64,000 nt of DNA from Lingula anatina. Lineage: Eukaryota; Animalia; Brachiopoda. The position numbers and the translations under genes were made by a program. The stretch spans positions 14,632,001 to 14,696,000 of the forward strand of contig CM120649.1 in NCBI GenBank assembly GCA_051362555.1. The letters run 5' to 3'. The notes under the pieces were generated by a model. That model was not told the DNA's origin. It did not search any database and saw nothing but the letters and a program-made list of their open reading frames with translations. How positions within the stretch are numbered: the stretch's first letter is position 1; every line of letters begins with the position of its first letter. Of the stretch, positions 1 through 12,000 are shown in pieces.

Positions 1-19
1 AAATACAAGGAAACGTGGC

Positions 20-200
20 ATTTGTACTAATACACAAGCAGGAAAAGACATGTTGATACAGCGCACTAGTAAACTTATTACATCTGTATTTATACACAAG
101 CAGGAAAAGACATGTTGATGCAGTACAACGTAACATATGACATTTGTATTTATGCACAAGCAGGAAAAGACATGTTGATACAGCACACAAGGCAACATTT
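20..200. repeat. Tandem repeat, ~60-bp unit, ~3 copies (may continue left of the window)
   Basis: CACAAGCAGGAAAAGACATGTTGAT recurs near 33, 95 and 155. Confidence 0.85.
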
Positions 201-653
201 AGCCTGACTTGCCACGGAAACGGTTACAGTCATTTTATCAGCAATATAGCCCTTCCAATTACTATTGTTGTCTGCTTGGTTACTGCCGTTAGTATCATCA
301 GCATTTTTCATAAATCAAGCCCCACGTCCGAATCTGTTCTCTGACAACTCATAATAGCCAAAGGTACATCATCTTTGAAGTTATTGGAGTATCAAAATCT
401 ATCAAGGACTCTTCCCCGAAGTCTGAATTTTCTAACAAATCTAGAACATTTCTCAACCCATAACTTCTGCTGACCTCTCGCCGCCATTTTGACTTCTTAG
501 CGCCTCGACAATGGTTGAAATAAATCGCTTTTTCATTATCTAATTCTCGCTACACGTCTTTCAAAAAAACTAACATTAAGTTAGTCTTGTGATAGAAGCA
601 TGCATTGTTACAAACGACAGGGGACAGTACAAGTACAAGCATGTAAACACAGA

Positions 654-733
654 AACCGCGTATATGCGGTTCCCGGCACTGAGGACTTTTTAAAATGAAC
701 CGCATATGTGCGGTTCCCGGCGCTATGGGGTTT
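654..733. repeat. Two direct copies of a palindromic motif, probably a DNA-transposon subterminal end
   Basis: AACCGCGTATATGCGGTTCCCGGC and AACCGCATATGTGCGGTTCCCGGC, followed by GGGGTTTAA. Confidence 0.5.
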
Positions 734-1067
734 AAATGAGAATTAATATTGTTATTTATGGAGCAAATGTAATATCACGAAAAAACCCTGGATATGATGC
801 AAATAGTGCTAAAATAACCACAACAAGGAAATACTTAACATAATTACGTTTAGAGTTAATTTTTTTTATTCAGAATTATTTCAATAGATAATCAATTAAG
901 ACTGGTAAACACCCTCTCCCAAAATTCTATAAAATCATGGTGAGTGTATGTATTGGAACATTTACTGTACCTCCAGTTCCCCGTGCAGAAAGACCAAACA
1001 GGTAAGAGAAGTAATCATTAGTGTTCATATGGCTAGTCCTTCACCGTGTGGGATCTTCTAGACACCA

Positions 1068-1218
1068 GGGCCCCGTATCTCGAAGGCATCGCGTATATTG
1101 CGAATAGCTATATCAAATAGAGGCTACAATGTATTATATGGGACGAGTATGGGCGAGTTAGGGAAGCGAGACGCTTGCGCACGGTCGCAATGGGCGATGC
1201 TTTCGAGATACGGGGCCC
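1068..1218. mobile_element. MITE (~150 bp) with ~25-bp terminal inverted repeats
   Basis: Left GGGCCCCGTATCTCGAAGGCATCGC; right GCGATGCTTTCGAGATACGGGGCCC (one mismatch). Confidence 0.8.
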
Positions 1219-1261
1219 AGACCTATTGCAAGAGATCAGATTGTCCCCAACGAGAATAACC

Positions 1262-1294
<33 letters not shown>

Positions 1295-1440
1295 TTTGAT
1301 GATGATGATGACACGTGGATACATTGTATCTCACTTAATTTTAAGACGCTTAAACATTTTTTTAAAGTGGAGGGGTTACTTTGCCTAAGGTCTTTTTGCA
1401 TCAAGGGCTATATTTACATGTCGTTCCAGCTTCATTTACA

Positions 1441-3454
1441 ATGACAAACGTTCCGAGAGCCTTTGTCCTGCTTACCATGGCCTTGACGTGCACGGCCTAC
1501 GAGATGTACGCCCTCAACGGAGGCCCTTGGGGAAGTTGGACCAAATCACAAAGATGCCCTGGGCTGAAAGTGAAAGGATTTCAGTTGAGGGTGGAGGCCC
1601 CCGCAGGGGAAGGTGAGATATAAATGTATGAATAATTTATTAATATAGATTTAATTGTGTACAATATAATCGAAGGAATATGCCGATTTCTTTGAATCTT
1701 TTATGACCATAGAAAGAGAATAATTTTAAAGTTTTTAAAGTTAAAGTGCGCTAGTCCTTTATAAATTTTATAGCAAACAGAGTTTCCTGGATACTTTTAC
1801 AATTTCCCAACAAATAACAAGGTATTTCCTAGCCAAAACCGTTAAGATAATAAAGACCCATGAAGCCGTTGAGTTGTATACTATACAATTGGACGTAACT
1901 TTCCAAAATTACGAACTTCCGTCTGCAGTGTGGCTTCCAGAGGGAGAGTCTCGTTTAAACACATGTACTATATAAACACATGTTCTAGTATGAAAATTCC
2001 CTATGACAATGAACATTATTTTAGTCTCATATTCTAGGTGATGATACAGCTCTTAATGCGATTGCTCTTCTCTGCGAGCATCATGCAGACATAATTCCAC
2101 ACTCTGGAATCTGGGGATCGTGGGGGCTGGCAACCTATTGTCCCATCGGAAGGTAATTGTAGTCTGCTGATTTTTGTTAACGGTAGTCATACTCACCAAC
2201 AGTACCTACCTACCTACATGTACCTACTACCTACCTACATGTACCTACCTACATGTACCTACCTACCTACCTACATGTACCTACCTACCTACCTACATGT
2301 ACCTACCTCCCTACCTACATACATGCATACAAATACATACCCTGTATTATACTCTCTCCCTGACAGATGGACAAGTGTCACGGGGTAACATAACATTTAA
2401 AATAATAATTTTGGAAAACCCCTCTTCGGTATACTGAGTACTTTCTGACCCTGTGCACTGTATTGTGCACCGGGTGATAGTCTTTGGATTTAACGTGTAA
2501 AGTCATGTTTTATCTTTGAAGCGTGACAATTTGTAAGGGAAATTTGGACATTGATACCTAAGCAAAAACAATGACCTGCCTCCTGCATCACATTATACAT
2601 AATAAGGTAAAGGTATTAGCTGCATGTCGTAAATGATCTGTATAACCAATCTCATATAATCCAGCATTCAGGTTTGATGATTTCACGTATTGTCCATGGA
2701 ATCAGCATTATTCAATAAGTAAAGTAATTCTGACCATATATGGTAAAATGCACACGGTACTGATGTATTTGCACACGGTACACTATTTATTATAATATAA
2801 ATATATCTGAAATTTATTGAAAAGTTAGTCAACTTTCCGAAAAGCTGAAGTGCTAAAGCAGAGGATCAACAAGTAGTAAGAGCAGTGGCTTAAAGGGTTG
2901 AAGTTATCACATAGAAGTCCTGTAAACTGCACTCGGAAATAAAACAAAGTATATTCCACAAATTGACTCCTTTTATCAATAGTTACGAAGCTAATAACCT
3001 CCGTAACACAAGCAAACCGACTGGTCGAGAGGAGCGCGATACAGGCAAACATAAGCAAGTGAAAGACGAAAAGCACATGATAAGATATCGAAATTCTGAC
3101 ACACATACTTACGGCTTTACCATACCAGGTCCTTCGCTCTGATAACCATTTGTCAGTGTTTAATTCTAATAATTATATACTTATTCCATTTTTTGCAGTT
3201 TCGTTATTGGGTTCCGCCTGAAGGTTGAGCGCTCCCAGGGCAAAGGTGATGACACGGCCGCGAATGATCTACAGTTGAAATGTAGTAACGATGCAGTCAT
3301 CACCGCCAGTAATGGAGGCCCTTGGGGGTCGTGGGGCGAGTGGAGACAGTGTGATAGGGGCCACTTCATCTGTGGTCTTAAGGTCAAGTTTGAGGCTAGT
3401 GTAGGAAAAGGCGACGACACTGCACTGAACAGCGTGGCCTTCGAATGCTGTTAA
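1441..3454 (+). CDS. VMO1: Vitelline membrane outer layer protein 1-like secreted beta-prism protein, 180 aa, 3 exons
   Basis: Exons 1441-1612, 2038-2152 and 3199-3454, all GT-AG with compatible phases (1, 2). Signal peptide MTNVPRAFVLLTMALTCTA. Three internal repeats of GxWGSW...C...GF/LxLK/RVE...GDDTAxNxxxLxC, ending FECC*. Confidence 0.93.
2202..2341. repeat. (TACC)n/(TACA)n compound microsatellite in VMO1 intron 2
   Basis: Read directly from the sequence. Confidence 0.9.
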
Positions 3455-4801
3455 TAGAGAACGTGCCTTTGGCGTCTAGGCCTACGTATCAACATCCCCG
3501 TTCATCTCAAGGCACAGTGAATCAATTTTCATCATTAAATAGACCATGAACATATTTCTTAAAAGACTTATATTGGGACTGTTACTAGCGTTTAACTTCC
3601 CGAAAGAAACGTTCGTTTCTTTTCAGAGCACTACCTGTAGCCTACCTTATAGAGCCGTTTTGCCGAGCCTATTTAAATCTCATCGCAAAATCTCGAATTT
3701 CGATCTTCTTCTGCGACCAGAGTGTTATAAACTATATAAAATTACCCGAAAAAAATTAATAGCAGTTTTCAAGGTGCATAAATATGAAAACCTGCATTGG
3801 ATCCATATTAGATATGTCCACTACTTAGCATGTTACAGAACACAGGTAGCTGTCAGCAGAATAAAATTATATTTCCACCTGTTCAAACTAAGTGTTTGTA
3901 TTGTTATATACTGAATGAGTTGATGTCTCCAAAATCGCTCTCTCTATATTTTTATAGGATGCATATTTCTGGATAGCTCACGAATGCTTTTAGGGCTCAT
4001 TCCCAGTGAAATTTTCGTTCTACGTAGATCTGTCCACCATCGCAAGGACACTCGCTGAATGCAATCAGTTTAACAAATTAATACGTCTCCTCTTGTTTCC
4101 AACGTACTCTCGTATAATCGCCAATGTTTTTCGGTATTCTACTCAAAGCCAGAAGAACAATGAATTACCATTTATTAATGGGAAACCTGTTACCAGCCTT
4201 TTTTTATGCCGATAATTTAGTTTTGTTTTTGGAACGTGCTCATGCCTTCAGTATCGTTTGAAATGCTCGGAAGAATACTGTGGCTCTCACTTGCGAAGGT
4301 GCAGACCTCAGGAATTATATTTTTTCTCTTATAGATGACGAAAGAGGAGAACATTTTATTCTTTTCCGACTTGGAATCTCCGAAAGACCTGCATATTACG
4401 ATTTTCCCTTTTCTTTGATCAGCAATGTTTGATTTGAATGTTTGATTTGGCCCGACTGAGCCGAAACTAGTAGGGTAATTTCTGACAATATATACCGAAA
4501 TTCTGGCTCGGTTTTATTTATAATACTGCAATGCTTTCTTAATAACCAGAACACTTATTGCATTAAACGAAACAAATAGTGTATCTAGTAATTTAAATGT
4601 CAACAATTGGGCTCGTTTTTTACTTGTTTATTATCAGACATGATATAATACATATCTTAAACAAATCTTTTAAACATTAAGCACTGAGCTCGTATGTTTA
4701 GTACACGTTTAAAGATAAACCTCAATATTGAAACATATTGGAAATACTTCATCAAGAAATAAATATAACAAAATATCACAGAAGAATGCAAGCAAAAGTT
4801 T

Positions 4802-4840
<39 letters not shown>

Positions 4841-5090
4841 GCAATAAAACTGTTATGCGGTGCATCATATTGTATATACGTATGTTTGGCCAACCAGTTC
4901 TTTTGATGATGATAATAATACTCATAATAAAGGATATATTACTGCTTTATCCATGCCAACAGTATTCTGACTATTCTGACTTCATACAAAACCCAGCGTT
5001 TTAGAATTTTCGTCGACTTTGTCAATTCCGCCACCAACACAAACACGTACCCTTATTGTGTATTTGTTGATTTTTATCGTTTCTCTATTG

Positions 5091-5974
5091 CTACTGCAGT
5101 CTGCATGCTTCTCCGGTGGCGCCACCTAGGTTTGCTGCCCTTTCCTTCAAAGTGTTGCGTCCAGCAAAACCGTCTGTTTGAGTCCCATCGATTGAGAACG
5201 AGGCCCGTCTAAGAGTCCCAGTAGCGCCCATGTTCAATGTGCCGGGAGCAGTGCGGGGGCGTGCCTGTCGCATAATCGTTTCTGATTGGCTGCCCCACAC
5301 TTCAATCATCAAGGTTTTATCTTGGAGATAACTCAGAAACTGAAATCAAGACCACGCTCTTTCATAAAAATCGTACAAGGAAAGGGATCCGCAGTGCTTA
5401 TGAATTTCTTTGACTAAACATAAATATAAAATATAATATGAATTATCAAAATTAACATAAATCCACTGTAAATACCCTATATGTTCTTACGTTGATCAGT
5501 GATATTTTGTCCGTCCTCATCCATTTCGCAAACCAGCGATGCACTTTAAAAACCATACATGTAAATACCGCCATTCCTCGTATTTGAAAAATTTCGAAAC
5601 TAAATACCTACCTCGTGTGTGACTTGCTGCGCTTCGTATTTGTGCCGTTTCTTGTATTTTAAGTCAAACAATCCGGCAACGCATTCAGTTGGGTTTGTGG
5701 TCGAAGGTCTCTTCATTTTGAAAAATTTGTACTTGCACCAAACCTAATTGAAATATACCATATCCATATACTCTTAATATTCAGCTGCACATATTTAACA
5801 TTTTCATTCATTATTCAAATGCAAGCACAGGACCTTTAGGGTAATGTTTCATGCTATTTTACTCCAAATTGAAGCATTACTTTCTGATGGTGTAATTATC
5901 AGCAAGACGGAAGGGGGGGTCGAGGGTGACAAAACCCTTTGAATGAAATTGTAATAGTTTTATGGTATAAAATT

Positions 5975-6010
<36 letters not shown>

Positions 6011-9000
6011 TTACAAGTATTAATCACGCTCCTACCAGGCAATCTTTACATACCTTATTGTATTTGACAGGCAGGTTTTGAGCTTTCTTTATGTTTATAC
6101 GGATTGTGATATCCTTCCCAATCTGAAATAAATTTACAACAAATTATGGAAAGCTGTTTATATAATACAAAAAAGATATCACAGATTAGTTATAATGTAT
6201 CATATCATTGGATTATTTCAGTAAACTACCGTAAAACTTAATCTGTGAAACAAGTTATTATCCTTTATAAAATGTGATCTTGAGTGAATTATAGATATAA
6301 ATATTTAACGTGACAAAATTCAATTAAATTTTCGATATACTGCATATCTGCAAAAAAAAAGCGTATAAGCGCATGTGCATTCATCTACACATGCAAGTGA
6401 ATATTTGTGAGTGTGCAAGCGCAGACATGTAGGTCCTTTTAATAAAGAAAAGTACAGTATACTTAACTAGATCGATCCATTTTGAAAAATTTAAACCTTA
6501 ACAGTGACACCCCTACTTGACAAAGCCAATTAAATATCTTAACTGCAGGTAGCGGGCATGTGGAGAACATATGTGAAAGGGAGTAAAACCCCTGTATTAT
6601 AACAATATTCAAGGACCTGTAAAACTGGACCGATCCACTTAAGTGTACCGCTCGATGCGAAAAGGGCCAAAGTTTGCGTCTGAACCTACATATCCCTAAA
6701 AAAAACAAAAACACAGGATCTCACCATTTCTTTGGGGTCAATATTTCCCTCTTTAACCTGCCCTTTTTCCTCTTCCTTCACCTCCCCAGCTTCGGCCGTT
6801 AACTCGACGGCGAGATACCCCACTGTGTTAGCCTCGTAGTTTCGGATGGTCAGCTTCTCGTCGTAGGTCCGGCCGTGGGCCAGCGCCACCAAAGGCACGG
6901 ACACCAAACCTATCAGGTTCTCCGTGTCCGGGGGTTCGTAAAACGGGTCGTCGTCCTTTTCAAAATAAATAAAGGGGTCATTGAATGTCATGATAAGCAA
7001 TGGAGGGGACGGTGCTAAACATGTGCCGAGTACCTAGGAAAACAGTATGATTGGGTATTTTTTCTTTTCTTTTTCGCTCTAAAAGTATAATCTTGAGGCA
7101 GGAGCTGTGACAAAAATAACCAAAGCCGTTTCTTTTGTATGAAGAAATGTGTATCTAATTATCTGCTGACGGTCTGACGCTTACGAAAATTTCCTATAGG
7201 ACTTCTCATAGGGTTCTATTGGCCTCTATAGTAATCCTAAAGGACTCTATGGGACCCAATAGGAATTCTAGCTATCGGATTTCCTTTAGGAATCCTTTGT
7301 AGAACATGTGTAGGTCCTATACTGTATAGGGACCTATACGAAATTTCCGTACGGGGACAAGCTCACCTGTTCCACGTTATAGGTACCCTCAAACTCCTCG
7401 TAGATCCTCTGCATACTGCACTGCCTGTCCAGGAACTTGTTTTTCCCCCAGTAAAACTCGTTGTCGTTCTCCATATTATGCATTTTTACATAGACCTGAT
7501 GAATGAACAGTGACATATTTAACTTAAAAAAAAAACAAGTCTAAGGAAATGCAACGCGGTACGGTGCCCTTGTTTAAATCCTCGAGAGCCACTTTTCTGT
7601 ATTTAATCACATCATCGTTTATTTCCCAGTCACTCTATTGTGTTGGTTTTGTTTTATACCTAGATCGATTTAGCAGGATCGACCCAACTCCGAGGGTTTC
7701 TCGCTAAATTGCATTCACCTGAAAAGTCTCTAATATCTGACACGCCTACTGAAGCTGTCACAGGGTAACTAACTATCGTTAAGCAGCTTCAGTACGCGTG
7801 CCAGACATCTAAGCCACTTAGGCTGAATGCCATTTAGCGAGAAACCCTCGGAGTTGGGTCGATCATGCTAGATCGATCTAGGTATGGGTACAGGGTCTAA
7901 TTTATATTCCCATACCTCGGTGGGTCCAGACTCCTTCCCTCTGAACATAGCAGGGATGAGGGTGACCTCAAAACCGACAGATTTGTTGAACTCTGCCGCC
8001 ATGGCGTTAGCGTCCTCCACCAGGGGGAGTAAGTGAATGATCTCATCTTTTAGGAGAGCAAGGTTGTCTTCGTCGCCTAGTGAAACGGAAAATAATGTTT
8101 TTTTTACAAAGAAAGGGTGTTGGACATAACTACACGTACCAAATGGTATAATCTGCTTCCTCCCCACACCGCTAGTTCTTCAGTTAGGATAACATTTTGT
8201 TTTGCGTAAAAAAACTATTTTATCGAAACATCTTAAATTTGAAATCCATGACAAAACTTGCTAATAATTCTTTTTAGAATACATTCATGTAATGACTTCT
8301 TCATATCCCGTTAAAAAAACAAATGAGATAACATTAAGGAAGAACTTGAAAATTTGACCTTTACCTCCCTCGCCACTATCAATGTTGTTCTCTATTTCCT
8401 CAACGGCAAAATCGTACGAAATCTCCGTGTGTTTCTTTCCCTGGTTGATCAACTCCTCTTCCTCTTTCGGGTGGTGAAACACGAACAAGTTGGGCACCAT
8501 CGTAGCCCCCACAGTGTACTCGCCAAACAGAATCCTGGTAAAAAATAATAAAATTCTCAGCTACACACCTGGCCAAATTCACGTCCCGTCATTTCAATAT
8601 CACGTTTGCAAACGCATTTTCAAATCTGACCTCGACATTTACTCGTTTTTTAAAATTTATTTGCACTTCTTGTCATCAAAGCCTTGTTTTATTGTGAAAA
8701 AATTGGGTTGGTATGCAAATTTTGGTCCTATCTTTGGCGTACTCCGACTTCTTTTATATCTGTACATTTAAAATATCTACCTGTTTTGGTTAAAAAAACA
8801 ACCATTGCTTCATCGCGTTAAAAGATGGTTGATGTGCAGATTTGCCTCTGCGCTTTGCTCTACTTCATCTCTACTTCATCTCTACTTCATCTCTAATTCA
8901 TCGTAATCTGCACATATGAATACTTTAAAATACCTGTCTTGATGGTGAAGTTGTATTTCCTGTCCGGCGTTCATCTCCACCCCATTAACTCTAATTTTTC

Positions 9001-12000
9001 CTTTCAAAGACTTAATTGTCACACCGTTCCTGGTATTACACACGACGCCGTGTTCTCTGGCAATGCTAAAAAGAGTAATGTTAAATGTATAAATCTTTTC
9101 TTTTTACAATATTTTTATGGAATCCGTTACTTTTATAGGGAACACTGCCGTGGTGATGGAAACACATCAAAACACATCCATCGTGAATGTTTAGGAAAAG
9201 CTGCTCCCGCTTTTTGAAACCCATACTACGAATGTAACTCAAATATAGTTTTAAAAAAAATATTAAATTTTCTTACCTCCTGCCGTAGAGAGGAATTTCC
9301 GGTTGCGGTTTGGCTCCATTGTTGCCAATTCTGTGGGATCCTGGACAAATAAAAATTCAAATAAATGTTATGAAACAACACTTCTGGAGACGTAACTTTC
9401 ATTTTAATTGACTCATCTTTTCTGTAACTGCCAGCCTTCTTATCTCCTTTGATTATTTTGTCTTATTCTATTTATTGTTACTTTCTTTTTTTGACGTTGT
9501 TGGGGGTCCACGATTTTATCATGTAAAGTTTTTTTTTTTTTTGCTATACATCAACGCACTTAATACATTTCTAATTTTCCACTCATCTATATATATATTT
9601 ATTCAGTAATTTAATTTTTCAATAGATTTTTATTTCTTCGATTTATCAAAAGCAACCAGCCTACCTGCTTTGATAATGTGAATAATTTTGGCAACCAGCA
9701 AAGGGTCCTCATTGAGATTATAGAAGTGCGGGAAGCGTTTCTTCGCATTTTCCTCTCGCTGTTCTTCTCTCAGTTTCTCCTATAATCGAGAATAAATACA
9801 AGAATTTCAAATGGATACACGTAGATGTTAAACACGGCGCCTTCGCAAGGAACGGCATAAATTTTTTCAAATTAATCATAGGAATGATGGAAAACTCAAC
9901 TTTAAGAAGCACCCAAGATGCGCAAGCAATTTGACTCAAATATGCATGACCTTGTCGAGTTTCTCCAAGTCGGCTTTTTCAGCCAAGAGAAGTGACGAAA
10001 GGTTATCTTCTACTCGCAAACAAGATGGCATTTAGACGGCTACAGCCTGTGTGACAGAAATGGAAGTCCGCTAGGAATGGTAGTCCGTTCCCCGTAACGT
10101 TGTACAGGTGATATTCTTCCCAAATACTTCCCCCAATAAATCGACTAACTCTAACTTGTACTTATCAAATGGGACCTTGCGGACTTCCATTTCTAGGACT
10201 ACCATTCCAGTCCCACTGGGTCGTTTTACATACATCTGACTTCATACCAGCTTACTCAAGTCACCCACAGGGTAATTACATCTTCTAGTATGTATTATTG
10301 CGATTTCCTCTAGTTGCGTGCTTACCTCAGTCTCCTTACGGGCCTCTTCCAGCCGTTTTTCCCATGACGATGTGATGCCCGCGATTTCTTCTTTGTATCT
10401 CTCAATCTATAACATATAAGTGAACTTGAATACTGAATTAATCTGACACCACGTTCCTAAATTAAACAAATCTAGCTTGAAACATTTGGAAGAGTTTCTT
10501 AGTCTGTAACAGTGCTTTTTATTGATAGTCAAGTTTGGAATTCTACATGTATTAATTGTATGAAACAAATTATCATATAAAAGAAGGAAAAGGATGCTTA
10601 CCTCAGCCTCTTGTTCTTGTTTCATCCTCTTAATATCTACAAAGAAAGAATTAAAATGAAATACTTTTTCATTTTATATCAAAATGGTGTTGACACACTT
10701 AAATATGACAATAAATCTGTGTATTATTTTAGGAATTCAGAGAATGCAAACAGTGGTTGCAATTATATTTAAATAGGTCTATTATTAATAAACGTCCCAT
10801 AAAGATCGAGGCATAATTCACCGACTTGAAATTGCTCAATATTGAATGCACATAAATTAAACGTCACCTTCTTCAGTATATCCAACGGTGACATTGGCCT
10901 TGGCGTCCTTTAGTTCCGCTAGTAACTTCTCTTTCTCGGCGATAAGTTCCCGGATCAGTTTGTCGGTCTCTGACTCGTTTACTTTGGCGACGTTCTTGAT
11001 AGATTTCGCTCTGTCCGCTAGAATATTATAACATCTACATTTAAAACGTTATACCGTGCAAGTTTGCTTACTACAAGGACTTAGATATATAGAATGTTCT
11101 ACTTAGATATATAGAATATTAGAATATTAAATAAAGTTAAGAGAGAGACGTGATAATTTATTTTTAAAACTAATTACTTTATTTAATTTCTTTTCATGAC
11201 ATGTTATTTCATTTCAACATCGATCAATTTAACTTCAGATTAGTATTTTTTCTGCTGGTATACATTATGCTTTGATTTGATATGATTTTAATTTACGTTA
11301 TTCACTTTGATCGCTTTTAGAGAAAACTGTATTTTTGCCCACTAAATGAAACACGCACATCATAAGTCAGCAGACGAGAGGTAAGGAATAGGAATATCTG
11401 TTGCTTTTATTTTAAAATCAAGTTAAAAATTGCTTATAGTACTAAGTAATTTACCAGCATATCATAAACTTACCATATCGAAGCGTTGATAAAGTCTGCT
11501 CAAAATTTTCCGCGGCTGGACTCAAAGCAGCAACCTATAAAAGATTCATTTCCAAAAAGTGATTACTAAATAAGAACTCTTACGAAAAAAAAACTTAGCC
11601 CCACTTTCTGCTGCACCAATTTAAAAACAACTACTTAAAATAGTTTTAGCTTTTGCACAATTACTTTAAAAAACACTTTACAATAAGTATTCTGTGTGCC
11701 TGTGCGTACTTTTCATGCTTGTCTTTCTTTGTCTTAGTTTCACTCCTGCCCTACCCGGCCGCCTCAACTAGCTCTTGCTGTACATGTAATACGTACCATA
11801 ACTGTCTTGCAATTTCCACCAAGAGAATTCTTCAACAACATGGTCAACTTGGAGTTACGGAAATTCACTGCAAGAAAAAGTTGTTACTTCATACCCGCTG
11901 GCCCCAACAAGATTTAATTAAAAGCATTGCAATTACATGCAAAGCATTGGATATTTGAAAGCCCTCACACACTCTAACCTATTAAAATATATTCTAATAT

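Noticed and set aside
1108-1444. Poly-Ile ORFs (also at 4657-5004 and 48480-48677)
   Set aside because: Artefacts of (ATT)n microsatellites.
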